Source: an uncultured cyanobacterium
GTDB lineage: Bacteria; Cyanobacteriota; Cyanobacteriia; Phormidesmidales; Phormidesmidaceae
Direction: 5' to 3'
Assembly (NCBI GenBank): GCA_963793265.1
Contig: CAWBZI010000005.1
Location: 256,001 to 320,000, forward strand
DNA length: 64,000 nt
This document shows positions 20,760 to 31,366 of this stretch, in pieces. The notes beneath the pieces are model-generated. The model searched no databases and was not told where the DNA came from. It was given only the letters and a program-made list of their open reading frames with translations. The position numbers were made by a program, and so were the translations under genes. Position 1 is the stretch's first letter. Every line of letters begins with the position of its first letter.

Positions 20760-20868
20760 CGAGCATTTAGCGATCCGCCTACGGATAGAATTTAAGCCAA
20801 GTAACAGAATATAAATAGAAGCTGATCGGCTTATGCATACGCCGATATGACCGTGTAAGTTTTTAGAT

Positions 20869-21873
20869 ATGACTAAAACTTCTCCTGCTTCCCAACAGCT
20901 TCGGCAACCGCTGCATCCGTTCAAACAGCCGCTGGCGTGGCTGCGAGCATTTTGGAAATTTTCGCGGCCTCATACAATTATTGGCACCAGCTTGAGCGCA
21001 GCGGCACTGCTTGCGATCGCCCTAGCTGAAGCCACCCAGGGCCTGACTTATCAAGGGCAAATCAGTTTTCCACTTGTCATTAGCTCGTGGCTCATCGCCT
21101 GGATAGCTTGCCTGTGTGGCAACGTCTATATCGTGGGCCTTAACCAAGTAGAAGATATTGCCATTGATCGCATTAACAAGCCTGAGCTACCGATTGCGTC
21201 AGGTGAGTTTACCAAAGATCATGCGCAACGGTTGGTATGGCTGATGGGTGGGATTGCGATCGCACTAGCGCTCATTTCTCAAAACATCTACCTCATCCTC
21301 ACCGTGGGCCTGAGCCTGATTATCGGCACGGCCTACTCACTGCCACCTGTACGGCTCAAGCGTTTTCCCTTTTGGGCGTCGGTCTGCATTTTGACCGTGA
21401 GAGGGGCGATCGTAAACTTGGGGTTGTATCTATACTTTGCAACTCAGTTTGGACTATCTGCAGGTGTGCCTGCTCGGGTGTGGGCGCTGACATTGTTTGT
21501 GTTGGTGTTTAGTTTCGCGATCGCTATATTCAAAGACATTCCAGATCTAGAAGGCGATCGCCAGTTCAACATCTCTACCTATACGCTCAAATTAGGCCGC
21601 AAAAAAGTGTTCAGCCTAGCGCGCTGGGTGCTCACCGCCTGCTATGTCGGCCTGATGGTAGCTGCGCCCTTTCTACCCGGCGTTCAGCCACTCTTTTTAA
21701 TCATTGCACAAGGTCTTGGCATTCTATCTTTTTGGTGGCTTAGCCGCCGCGTCGATCTCGATTCTTCTTCCGGCAAAAAAGATATCTCCTATCCCGATTT
21801 CTATCAGTTTATTTGGAAGCTGTTCTTTGTGGAATACTTCATTTTTCCGTTAGCTTGCTGGCTTGCAACCTAG
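20869..21873 (+). CDS. hpt: Homogentisate phytyltransferase (UbiA family, tocopherol synthesis)
   Basis: FSRPHTIIGT, NQVEDIAIDRINKP, KDIPDLEGD, FYQFIWKLF. Confidence 0.93.
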   Translation: MTKTSPASQQLRQPLHPFKQPLAWLRAFWKFSRPHTIIGTSLSAAALLAIALAEATQGLTYQGQISFPLVISSWLIAWIACLCGNVYIVGLNQVEDIAIDRINKPELPIASGEFTKDHAQRLVWLMGGIAIALALISQNIYLILTVGLSLIIGTAYSLPPVRLKRFPFWASVCILTVRGAIVNLGLYLYFATQFGLSAGVPARVWALTLFVLVFSFAIAIFKDIPDLEGDRQFNISTYTLKLGRKKVFSLARWVLTACYVGLMVAAPFLPGVQPLFLIIAQGLGILSFWWLSRRVDLDSSSGKKDISYPDFYQFIWKLFFVEYFIFPLACWLAT

Positions 21874-22053
21874 CGTCAAAAGCCAGGATAAAAAATCGGC
21901 ACAATTGAATAGTAGAAAGGCTTCGTAGCGACTATTGTTGATGTGAATAGACACGGGATTCTTGATATGAGGCCGGGCAATCTGGAATTATGTCCCCGTG
22001 CAATGTTGGTACAGGGTGACTCTACCGTTGATTTTACTTAGCTAGCGCTACTT

Positions 22054-22365
22054 ATGGATCCTATTGAAGAGATGGAAGAAAAGCTTCGCCGCCGCGAGCA
22101 AGACCTAGAGGCCCGTGAGCTTAAGGCCCGGCTGAAAGAGATTGAGCAGGACTTAGACGAAATACCCGTCACGCCTACAGCCAAAGAAGCGACGGGTGGT
22201 AAAAAGCCGCGCGGCCTCTCACAAAAGGCAAGCGACGTAGCCAAGTTTGTTCTAATGGTTTTTAGCGTCATAGTTGCTATTAGGATTGCTCACTGGGTTG
22301 GTATGGCGATTATCATCACAGGCGTCGTTTGGGTGGCCTACAAAATATTCTTAGAAGACAAGTAA
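22054..22365 (+). CDS. Small coiled-coil protein with two TM helices, upstream of the dynamins
   Basis: Charged N-terminal heptads and two C-terminal hydrophobic helices. Confidence 0.7.
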   Translation: MDPIEEMEEKLRRREQDLEARELKARLKEIEQDLDEIPVTPTAKEATGGKKPRGLSQKASDVAKFVLMVFSVIVAIRIAHWVGMAIIITGVVWVAYKIFLEDK

Positions 22366-22411
22366 ACGCAACTGACCTAACGTTCAATCACTTTTATTAT
22401 TTTCTCTCTTT

Positions 22412-24499
22412 ATGTCTTCTCCTCAGCCAACCAACTTCTTCAATGACCTAGATCGCGTTGCCAAGGTGCGTCATCAAATGGCAGACGATCTAGCCACCAT
22501 GGTAGAAATCGTCACCGATTCAGAGGCAGTAGGCGCTGAGCAGTCAGGTCAAATGGGGCTCACGCAAACCATTGAAGACATGGAGAGCGCGAGTAGAAAC
22601 TTGCGGCAGGGCGTGTTTCGGCTGCTGGTGCTAGGCGACATGAAACGCGGTAAAAGTACTTTCCTTAATGCGCTAGTAGGAGAGAACTTATTGCCTAGTG
22701 ACGTTAATCCCTGCACGGCACTGCTGACTATTTTGCGGTACGGCCCTGAGAAGAAGATTACTGTTCATTTTCTAGACAATAAAGCGCCTGAGACACTGGA
22801 CTTTGTGACCTTCAAGCAGCGCTATACTATCGATCCCGCAGAGGCAAAGCGGTTAGAAGAGAAAGAAGAGCTGGCGTTTCCAAATGTGAGCCATGCGGTC
22901 GCTGAGTATCCGCTACCGCTATTAGAGAAAGGCGTGGAGATTGTTGATAGTCCTGGGCTAAACGATACAGAAGCTCGGAATGCGCTTTCTTTAGGCTATA
23001 TCAATAGCTGTCACGCTATTTTGTTTGTACTTAGGGCAACGCAGCCTTGCACACTTGCCGAGCGGCGCTATCTAGAGACTTATATTAAAGGGCGTGGCCT
23101 GTCGGTATTCTTTTTGATCAACGCTTGGGATCAGGTGAAAGAGAGTTTGCTTGATCCAGAGGATGAGGCTGAGGTGGCTGAGGCTGAGGCGAAGCTGCAT
23201 AAGCTGTTTCGGACGCATTTGGAAGAGTATTGTCGGATAGATGGTGTAGATTGCTATCCCGAAAGAGTGTTTGCGATTTCGGCTTTGCAGGCTTTGAGGC
23301 AGCGGATGAAGTCGCCGGATGCGAGTTTGGAAGAGAGCTTAGCGGGTACGGGGCTGGGGCCGTTTGTGCAGTCGCTTAATCTGTTTTTGACACAGGAGCG
23401 GGCGATCGCTGAACTGCGACAGGCCAGAACGTTAGGCCGAGAAACACGTGATCGCTTTCAAGAGGCAGTCGCTCGCCGTGTGCCTTTGCTCAATCAGGGC
23501 GTGGATGAGCTGAAGCAGCGGATTGAGTCGGTTGCCCCTGAGTTTGAGCAGTTAGGGAGTATTCGCGATCGCTTCCGGGATGACATTAGAGAAATGCGCG
23601 ATCGCAAAGCTCACACGATTGCAACCTCACTTAAAACCTATCTCTACAAGCTAGAAGACACGTTTGAAGAAGACTTTTTGCGCTATCAGCCCGAGCTGGG
23701 ATTAAGCGACTTCATTTCTAGTCAGGGCAGAGAGGCATTTGCAAGCAAGCTCAAAAAAGCCTTTGAACAGTATGCAAACGTGATGTTTTTTCGCTGGGTG
23801 AAAACAGCCGAAGCGGAAATGAAAGAATCCTTTGTAGAGCTTTCTAAAGAAGCAGAACAGTACGGCGCATCCTACCAAAAGATTACGGAGCGCATGACTG
23901 AAAAGCTGACTGGGAATATGCGTATAGACATGCCTAAGCTCAGCGGTGATGATGAGTCTTCGCCTAGCTGGGTGAAGTGGGCGATGGGCCTGATGTTTTT
24001 ATCAACCGGCAACGTGGCGGGCGTAGCAATGACGGCTGTCGGATTTGACTGGCAGAGTATTTTTATCAATATTTTAGCGGTAAGCAGCCTGACGATTGCG
24101 GCCTCTACACTTTTGGGCATCGCGTTAGGGCCAATCGTGCTGATTATTGCGAGCTTTGGCTTTGGCGCTTTGCAGATAGATCGCGCTCGTAAGGAGCTGA
24201 CAAAGGCGATGAAGAAAGAGCTGGTGAAGCACTTGCCTAAGCTGGCCGAGCAGCAACAGCAGCCTGTGTATGAAGGGGTGCAGGGGTGCTTTGATAGGTA
24301 TGAGCAGCAGGTGATGGAGCGGATTGAACAGGATATTAGCGATCGCAAAGCTGAGCTAGACAATCTGCTGGCTCAAAAAGAATCTCGTGAAATTGATCGC
24401 GATGCTGAAGTGGCTCGATTGCAAAGCGCTGATGCTGGCATTAAAGCGGCTAGCGATCGCATAGACTCCGCTTATCAACAGGCGCTCAGCATTTCATAG
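22412..24499 (+). CDS. Bacterial dynamin-like protein (BDLP1-type)
   Basis: G1 GDMKRGKS, G3 DSPG, G4 NAWD; hydrophobic paddle region. Confidence 0.92.
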   Translation: MSSPQPTNFFNDLDRVAKVRHQMADDLATMVEIVTDSEAVGAEQSGQMGLTQTIEDMESASRNLRQGVFRLLVLGDMKRGKSTFLNALVGENLLPSDVNPCTALLTILRYGPEKKITVHFLDNKAPETLDFVTFKQRYTIDPAEAKRLEEKEELAFPNVSHAVAEYPLPLLEKGVEIVDSPGLNDTEARNALSLGYINSCHAILFVLRATQPCTLAERRYLETYIKGRGLSVFFLINAWDQVKESLLDPEDEAEVAEAEAKLHKLFRTHLEEYCRIDGVDCYPERVFAISALQALRQRMKSPDASLEESLAGTGLGPFVQSLNLFLTQERAIAELRQARTLGRETRDRFQEAVARRVPLLNQGVDELKQRIESVAPEFEQLGSIRDRFRDDIREMRDRKAHTIATSLKTYLYKLEDTFEEDFLRYQPELGLSDFISSQGREAFASKLKKAFEQYANVMFFRWVKTAEAEMKESFVELSKEAEQYGASYQKITERMTEKLTGNMRIDMPKLSGDDESSPSWVKWAMGLMFLSTGNVAGVAMTAVGFDWQSIFINILAVSSLTIAASTLLGIALGPIVLIIASFGFGALQIDRARKELTKAMKKELVKHLPKLAEQQQQPVYEGVQGCFDRYEQQVMERIEQDISDRKAELDNLLAQKESREIDRDAEVARLQSADAGIKAASDRIDSAYQQALSIS

Positions 24500-24505
24500 A
24501 AGCAG

Positions 24506-26155
24506 ATGAATTCTTTACAAGATCGGTTACTACTGGCTTTACAGCGCTCAGTCGGACTATTAGATGAGTCTCATGCTGCCCTGCGAACTGAAACAATTGA
24601 GTACTGCGATCGCCTCCAAAACCCCACTTACCGAATCGCCGTCTTCGGCCCCTTCAACTACGGTAAATCCACCCTGCTAAACGCCTTGCTTGGTGAGAAA
24701 ACCCTGCCGATGGATTTGGTGCCGACAACCGGGGCCGCGATTACCGTGAAATATGGTGCTGAGCACCGAACTTGTGTCACGTATGTAGATGGCTCTGTGC
24801 AACAAGAAGACGGCGTTGAAGCGCTACAGCAGTTTGCAGTGCTAGATGAACAGCGGCAAATGCGAGCAGATGTGACGGAGGTTGTGGTGCATTGCCCTCA
24901 TCCCTTGCTGAAGATGGGGTTGGAGCTGGTGGACTTGCCGGGCACTGATGACCAGCAAGCGCAGAATGATTTGGTGCAAGCGCAGTTACTTAGTACTGAT
25001 CTGGTGATTCAGGTGCTAGACGGGCGCAAGCTGATGACTTTGGCGGAAAGAGAGAATTTGCGCGATTGGCTGCTAGATCGCGGCATTAATACGGTTATTT
25101 TTGTGGTGAACTTTTTGAACCTGATGGAGGCGGGCGATCGCCAACAAGTCTCCTCGCGCTTAAGGTTCCTCAGTGAGAGCTTTCGAGCCAGTTTGCCTTC
25201 TGGGGTGAGCAATCTCTATCAGGTAGATGCGCTACCTGCCCTACGCGCTAGGCTGAAAGGAGACATGGCAGCAGCTACGCAAACTGGACTGCCCGCGCTA
25301 GAATCTGCGCTGCAAACGATTGGTCAACAGGTGGATAAAGGACGCCCGCCTGAGCAGACTTTGCCACGAATGAAGGCACTTGCGGTTCGTTTGAGGCCAG
25401 CGTTGCAGCAACAGATTGAGAAGCTGAGCGTAGTAGAGGCTGATTCGGCAGATGTACAGCGGATTGCGATTAAAGAGAAAGCGCGATCGCTCATACAACA
25501 AGGTTTTGATCGAGACGTTGCAAAGCTACAAAGCTGGCTCGCTCCCAAGAACTTACAGGCTCACTATCGGCTCGATCTGGCTCAGGCGCTAAAAACAAAA
25601 ACAACTCAGGACTGGCTGGTGCAAGCCTTGAAGCCTGCCTGGTATGAGCGCCAAAGGCCGATTGTAAACTGGGTGCATCAAGCTTGTGACTTTTTTGAGC
25701 GCGATCGTCCACCCGAACTCTGGATGGCTTTTTCAGCAGGGCCTGAAGTCGCTGAGCCGGTAGCGGCTGAGGTCGTAGAAAACAGGCGCGATCCAGATAT
25801 GGCTCCGGTAGCGATCGCCACCGGCTTAGGCTGGGTGCTTGGTGGCCCTTTAGGCGCAGCCGTGTTTGGTAGTACTAGCCATCTAATTAATAAAGGCGGT
25901 CGTAAAAAGCAAACGGTTTTGACGCCTGAACCGATTGACTTTCAAGCCCAGGCAGATGTTTATCTCGATAGGTTCAGTGTGGAGGCTTTGGAGGCGATCG
26001 CTACTTACAAACAAACAGCACAACCCACCATTCAAACAAAACTATCACCGCCTATCACAACACCCTCGCCCGCTAAGATAGCGCAGATAAATCTGTTAAA
26101 AACAACCGCCGAAGAACTCTCACAGCTTATTGAAGAGAGTCCTTCCTTTGACTAG
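24506..26155 (+). CDS. Second, shorter dynamin-family GTPase
   Basis: GPFNYGKS, PTT, DLPG; GLGWVLGGPLGAA paddle. Confidence 0.88.
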   Translation: MNSLQDRLLLALQRSVGLLDESHAALRTETIEYCDRLQNPTYRIAVFGPFNYGKSTLLNALLGEKTLPMDLVPTTGAAITVKYGAEHRTCVTYVDGSVQQEDGVEALQQFAVLDEQRQMRADVTEVVVHCPHPLLKMGLELVDLPGTDDQQAQNDLVQAQLLSTDLVIQVLDGRKLMTLAERENLRDWLLDRGINTVIFVVNFLNLMEAGDRQQVSSRLRFLSESFRASLPSGVSNLYQVDALPALRARLKGDMAAATQTGLPALESALQTIGQQVDKGRPPEQTLPRMKALAVRLRPALQQQIEKLSVVEADSADVQRIAIKEKARSLIQQGFDRDVAKLQSWLAPKNLQAHYRLDLAQALKTKTTQDWLVQALKPAWYERQRPIVNWVHQACDFFERDRPPELWMAFSAGPEVAEPVAAEVVENRRDPDMAPVAIATGLGWVLGGPLGAAVFGSTSHLINKGGRKKQTVLTPEPIDFQAQADVYLDRFSVEALEAIATYKQTAQPTIQTKLSPPITTPSPAKIAQINLLKTTAEELSQLIEESPSFD

Positions 26156-27062
26156 CGCTCCCACCACTTAGAACTGTTCTCAACCCGACTAAAATCAGCC
26201 CCATACTCACAATCATCCAGGGCGTAACCGGCTCTTGAAAAAATAGCCAGGCTAGCAGTGCGACCCACACTGGCACACCGCCATAAACAATACTGGTCGA
26301 TTTTGTCGGCCCGATTCGCTGAGTGCTAATAGTGAACAACAGATAGCCAATGCCCGATGCGCCGATGCCCATATAAAGTACGCCTAAAATAGATTCCCAT
26401 GATAGGCTAGGCCATCCAGCTTGCAATAGTTCGGGAATGACTAACAAAGAGAGCTGTATGACGCCTGCGATCGCACCATAGTAGCTCATCGCTATGCCGC
26501 TATATCGTTTGCCTAAGTGCCGTAGCAAAATGGAATAGCAGGCCCAGCACAGCACAGCGCATAGCATGAGAATGTCGCCTGCATTGAACTGGAGCTGTAG
26601 CAGGGTAGATAGGTTGCCGTCAGTGAGGAGTACGAGGACGCCGAGGATGGCAATCGCACCCCCTAAATAATTTCTCAGCGCCAAAGTCTCTTTAAGTATC
26701 ACCGTTGCCAAAAAGCCGGTAACCACTGGATTGAAAGCATTGATAATCGCGGAATTCGCGACCGCCGTGTAGCGCAAGCTAGAGAAGAAAAAGAAGTGGT
26801 AGCCGACTACGCCGAAGGTGCCCAACAGAAACAAACATACTTTGTCGAAAGCAGAGGCTTTGTCAATACGCGAGCCGATGTCGCCCCTTTGCCAAACTAA
26901 GCACTGTAGAAAAACGGTCGCAATCACGTAGCGCAGTAGCGTAATTAATAACGGCCCCATTTCGCCAGTCGTGTATTTTCCTGCAACGAAGCTGCCCGCA
27001 AATAGTAAGCTAGTCAGCACAGCGAGTAGGCTTTGTCGCCAGATATTACTTTGAGCGGTCAT
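26127..27062 (-). CDS. DMT/EamA family transporter
   Basis: About ten TM helices in two EamA repeats. Confidence 0.88.
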   Translation of the reverse strand: MTAQSNIWRQSLLAVLTSLLFAGSFVAGKYTTGEMGPLLITLLRYVIATVFLQCLVWQRGDIGSRIDKASAFDKVCLFLLGTFGVVGYHFFFFSSLRYTAVANSAIINAFNPVVTGFLATVILKETLALRNYLGGAIAILGVLVLLTDGNLSTLLQLQFNAGDILMLCAVLCWACYSILLRHLGKRYSGIAMSYYGAIAGVIQLSLLVIPELLQAGWPSLSWESILGVLYMGIGASGIGYLLFTISTQRIGPTKSTSIVYGGVPVWVALLAWLFFQEPVTPWMIVSMGLILVGLRTVLSGGSASQRKDSLQ

Positions 27063-27122
27063 GCTTGATCCTGTCTGTGCGTTAAGGGCTCAGTCCATCA
27101 TACGTTTGCGGCCTCACACACC

Positions 27123-27932
27123 ATGAATCCAATTGCGATCGCGATATTTGATATTGATGGCGTCGTCCGAGACGTGGGCGGCTCATACCGTCGGGCCATT
27201 TCCGATACGGTAGAGCACTACACCAGCGGTCAATATCGCCCGAGCGTTGAGGATATTGATCGGCTCAAAAGTGAGGGCATCTGGAATAACGACTGGCGAG
27301 CCTCAGAAGTGATGATTCAGCGATATTGCGAGCAGCAGGGCCAGCCCAAACCCGACACAAGCTACGAAGAGATTGTTGATTACTTTCAAAAGCAATATCG
27401 CGGCCCTGATACAGAAGACCCTGAGCAGTGGACGGGCTATATTGCCAGCGAGCCTTTGCTGCTTGACGAATCGTATTTGCGATCGCTCTCCGATTCCGGG
27501 CTACCCTACGCATTCTTCAGCGGTGCCACACAAGGATCGGCTAATTTCGTGCTTCAGCGGCGGGTAGGATTAACCGCGCCAATTTTGATTGCGATGGAAG
27601 ATGCGCCGAGTAAGCCCGATCCGACAGGGTTGATAATGGCGGTGCGGCTAGTAGAAGCACAGCTAGAGGAGCAGCTAGAAAAGCAGCCTAATACTGAGCG
27701 GTTATCCGTGGTGTACGCAGGCGATACGGCGGCTGATATGAAAACGATTGTTGCCGCAAAAGCGCAGTTTCCTGAACGTAAATGGTTAGCGATTGGGGTT
27801 TTGCCGCCTCATGCTCAGCAAACTGAGGCATATAAGCAGGCATACGCTGAGAAGCTGAAAGTGGCTGGGGCGATCGCAGTATTAGATAGCGTTCAGCAGC
27901 TAACGGCTGAGCTGATTGCACCTTATATTTAG
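27123..27932 (+). CDS. HAD-superfamily hydrolase (TIGR01548-like)
   Basis: FDIDGV, KPDP, GDTAADM. Confidence 0.88.
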   Translation: MNPIAIAIFDIDGVVRDVGGSYRRAISDTVEHYTSGQYRPSVEDIDRLKSEGIWNNDWRASEVMIQRYCEQQGQPKPDTSYEEIVDYFQKQYRGPDTEDPEQWTGYIASEPLLLDESYLRSLSDSGLPYAFFSGATQGSANFVLQRRVGLTAPILIAMEDAPSKPDPTGLIMAVRLVEAQLEEQLEKQPNTERLSVVYAGDTAADMKTIVAAKAQFPERKWLAIGVLPPHAQQTEAYKQAYAEKLKVAGAIAVLDSVQQLTAELIAPYI

Positions 27933-28042
27933 ACCTTTTGTAGTTCCTCAGTCCATCAGCTTAAGTGAATATGTACGCTGCGTATGGGCATTCTGGAGCG
28001 AAGGATTAGGACACGCGCTTTGTGGGTGCGGAGTAGTTTTAG

Positions 28043-29539
28043 ATGAGTGCGATCGCTCTAACAACCGCGCTATGCTTACCCACGCTCGATCTCGAAGCGC
28101 TCTTACAAGGTCGCACCATTGCGGCCATTTCTAACAGCTTTCGCAATCCATCCCAATTTCTACTGTGTCCCGTAGATACCTCTCTAGAGACATCACGGCT
28201 CGAAAATCGCTATCATCCCGACTTTCTCAAGAGTATCAACCTTAATCAAAGTCTCTACAATATCGACAGCGTTACTATTCAAGCCTGGGCTAGGTGCAAA
28301 ACCTGTCGCATTTTTGGCGAAAAAGACAATCTAGCGGCTCTCTCATCACTCACGGCCTGGTCTGTCGAATATCTTCATGAGCTAGTGCAAGAGAGGCACA
28401 AAATATTTGTTCTCTTCTTACAAATCCATCGCTTTGCCCAGCCTATCGATCTGGCAATGAGCCGACTAAGCGAAGATAATATTGGCAGCTATATTGACGT
28501 GCCAGGCTCTTGGTCAGATCAGGGGGCACTCGCGCTTTTACCAGATGAAGACTTTGCCAAGCGTCAAAAGCAACTGATCAAACTATCGCCGCCAATACAT
28601 CCCGAATTACATAGCCTACAAACGGCATTGGTTGCGCTAAGACAAAACAGTTTAGGCGCGATGGCCCTAGATAGAGACTTACGCTATCTTTTGGGCTGGT
28701 CGCGGGCAGAAGAGACGCAACTGTATGACTCTGATCTTTCGTGGATTCAACGAATAGCGCAGTCGGGCGATACGGATACCGCAGCAGAGTTCAAACGCTT
28801 AGTGTTCAAAAGCTGGATCAAGCTAGGCTTTAGTAATGCTGACGGAGCCTTGAGCATAGAAGATAGTAAGGCAGAAGATAGCGACTTGGATGTATGCTGT
28901 GATGTTCCTTTTGCACTCATCGGGAAGTGTCAGGCTGACCGCCGGGGCGTCGTCGCAAAGTCAGTAATTGAACAGATAATGAAATCGGGCGAGCTGTCTT
29001 TTAGACCTGACGCATTTGAGCAGTCAATTAAAGTGATTTTTACAGCAGGCCCTTTAACCGAGCTTGCTCAGCACTCTGCTAGGGAAAATAAAGTGAACGT
29101 GATGCATCCTGAAACTTTGCAACGACTGACCGAGATGAAGGCACGCTATCCGGGCTCAATTGATTTGCTCAAGCTTAAAGCTTGCTTGCAAAGAGCGCCT
29201 TATGGAGAGGCGGCTGATGAGAAAATAGGTCAATTTATTGAAGAAACTTTTATTCAGCTAAAGATTCGCTCAGCCGTGATTGAGGCGGTGAAACTCTCCT
29301 TAGAAAATGCGGATCAAGAGAGCGTTGGCATAGATTCTGTTTGCGCCGCCTACGCAGCGTTGGCCTCGTTTGGGTTGCCTAGTCTATCGATGGGCGACGT
29401 GCAGGACGTTCTGATTGAGCTGTCTTCACCCGTTGCGGGCTACTTAGGTAAGACTCATGCTGCTGATGGCAGAGAGTTATTTTATTTTCTGAGGGAGCTG
29501 TACGTTGAAGACAATAGCCCCAGCATGGTGATTGGCTGA
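28043..29539 (+). CDS. DUF1802-like N-terminal domain fused to a degenerate restriction-endonuclease-like domain
   Basis: TALCLP..DLEALLQG..IAA N-terminus; FKRLV..SW.KLGF and DLDV..DVPFALIGKCQ resemble an Mrr-like PD-(D/E)XK core. Confidence 0.5.
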   Translation: MSAIALTTALCLPTLDLEALLQGRTIAAISNSFRNPSQFLLCPVDTSLETSRLENRYHPDFLKSINLNQSLYNIDSVTIQAWARCKTCRIFGEKDNLAALSSLTAWSVEYLHELVQERHKIFVLFLQIHRFAQPIDLAMSRLSEDNIGSYIDVPGSWSDQGALALLPDEDFAKRQKQLIKLSPPIHPELHSLQTALVALRQNSLGAMALDRDLRYLLGWSRAEETQLYDSDLSWIQRIAQSGDTDTAAEFKRLVFKSWIKLGFSNADGALSIEDSKAEDSDLDVCCDVPFALIGKCQADRRGVVAKSVIEQIMKSGELSFRPDAFEQSIKVIFTAGPLTELAQHSARENKVNVMHPETLQRLTEMKARYPGSIDLLKLKACLQRAPYGEAADEKIGQFIEETFIQLKIRSAVIEAVKLSLENADQESVGIDSVCAAYAALASFGLPSLSMGDVQDVLIELSSPVAGYLGKTHAADGRELFYFLRELYVEDNSPSMVIG

Positions 29540-29627
29540 CTCTCAAATTAATCTCAACCTGTAGACAGAAGTTAGCGCGACTAAGCGATCGCTATGTTTT
29601 GGGTGAGCGTAGGTTAGGAGAAGCATC

Positions 29628-29935
29628 ATGAAAGTGGCTTTAGTCACAGGTGGCTCAAAAGGTATTGGGCGGGCGATCGCATCCCGATTCGCCCAAGAGA
29701 ACTATAAGGAAAAGATTTAGCCGATCAGAAAGCTCGCTATCAGCAGTTAGATCAAACGCTATCGATGCCTTTTATTGAAAAGCCTGAAGATGTTGCTAAC
29801 GCAGTGTGGAGCGCCATAGAAAACAATGAGGGCGAGCACATTTTAGGAAGTGCAAAGCTGATGAGTGGGCTACACGCTATAGTCCCTAGTTTGACTCAGC
29901 GAATGGTGCGAATGATCTTTAAAAACAAGGATTAG
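29628..29935 (+). pseudogene. SDR oxidoreductase with a large internal deletion
   Basis: RBS aggag; MKVALVTGGSKGIGRAIA... stops after 30 aa; an SDR C-terminus (EKPEDVANAVW...FKNKD*) follows at once in another frame. Confidence 0.8.
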
Positions 29936-30020
29936 AAGAGAATCACCATACACTAGAAAAGAGAATGTACAAGTAGATCGTTGTCTATAGGAGACAACAG
30001 TCTCTTTATTAAGGTGACTG

Positions 30021-30185
30021 CTAAGGTGACTGCTCGCGTAGCCTTTCAACTCGGCTCAGCCGCCGCTGAATATCTTCATCGAGAGACGTTTGATGATCCC
30101 AGTAGTAGGCTAGCGCTGAGTAGATTTTACCTAGAGCGATGTGAGGATATTGGAAGTGAAGTTCTTCAGTGTGAGCTGCTGCAGT
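30021..30185 (-). pseudogene. C-terminal remnant of a DUF433 antitoxin-like gene
   Basis: EELHFQYPHIALGKIYSALAYYWDH with no DUF433 N-terminus. Confidence 0.65.
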
Positions 30186-30226
30186 GACTATTAAGCGAAT
30201 ATAGAGGCTGCAAGACAAGGAACAAA

Positions 30227-31186
30227 ATGGCTAAATCTCATAAGCTCGAAGCAACGATAGATCAGCTAAAAGAGTTTCAGCGATTAGAAATGCTAAGCGA
30301 AGAGAATGTATTCACGCTGCAAAAGATCGTGCGAGGAAAACAATCGATTGCGATCGCACTAGCAACAGAACTTATCATCCATCACAATCTCTCACAGCTC
30401 ATACCAGATCTAATAGAAACATTTGAGAGATTACTAGAGAACGGTAGCTCAACCGATCCAAGCTGTAAGGCAAAGTGGGCGATCGCTAACACCCTCTACA
30501 CTCTAGAAAGGCCAGACGCAGACCTGTTCCTTTCTGGCATTCATCATATTCAGCAAGAACCCGTTTGGGGCGGCTCACAAGATACCGCGCCATCGTTACG
30601 CAGCCTATGTGCTTTGGGCCTAGTGCAGGCAAACTATCCTGACGTGCTTAACGAACTTGCAGATTTGCTTGCAGATGATGAGTACGACGCGAGAGCAGGA
30701 GCCGCTAGGGCAATTGGCTATAGTCAAAATCCGGCAGGCATTCCGCTATTGAGACTAAAAGTGCACATAGGTGACCCAGAACCTGTTGTTTTATCAGAGT
30801 GCTTTGTTGCGCTGTTACAGCTTTCGAGCAAGCAGACTCCGATGGTAATTAGTGCGCTGAGTAGCGGGAGTGAGACTGTGCAGGAGTTGGCGGCGATCGC
30901 CTTGGCAGAAGCCAGGGTGCCTGAAGCGTTTACCGCAATTAAACAACAGTGGCAGCGAACGCGCGATCAGAACTTGAGACAGAGCTTTTTATTAGCGATC
31001 GCAACTCTAAGAACCGACGAGGCGATCACCTTCCTCACCTCACTCATAGAGCGTGGCAACCTCCAAGAAGCCAAAGACGCCATCATCGCATTAGACATTT
31101 ACCGCCACACCCCAAACGTGTGGCAACGTGTCACTAAAACAGCTCAATTACGCGGCGATACTGATCTTATTACCCTGCTGGGCTAA
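30227..31186 (+). CDS. HEAT-repeat protein
   Basis: Repeated helical units LADLLAD..ARAGAARAIG and VQELAAIALAE. Confidence 0.75.
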   Translation: MAKSHKLEATIDQLKEFQRLEMLSEENVFTLQKIVRGKQSIAIALATELIIHHNLSQLIPDLIETFERLLENGSSTDPSCKAKWAIANTLYTLERPDADLFLSGIHHIQQEPVWGGSQDTAPSLRSLCALGLVQANYPDVLNELADLLADDEYDARAGAARAIGYSQNPAGIPLLRLKVHIGDPEPVVLSECFVALLQLSSKQTPMVISALSSGSETVQELAAIALAEARVPEAFTAIKQQWQRTRDQNLRQSFLLAIATLRTDEAITFLTSLIERGNLQEAKDAIIALDIYRHTPNVWQRVTKTAQLRGDTDLITLLG

Positions 31187-31366
31187 ACCCTTCACCGGCT
31201 CCAAACTCCGTATATGCTTCGGTTCTCTTCATGCCAAAAGCTATAGAGAGCAGTGATTTCGCCCATAAGCGCGCATCGGCTTCTCTAAGTCAGGTGGGAA
31301 ATCTTGTATAAAAGGTGACATACAAACCTTTCTTGATACCTAATCTACCGATACTTAGAGACACTT

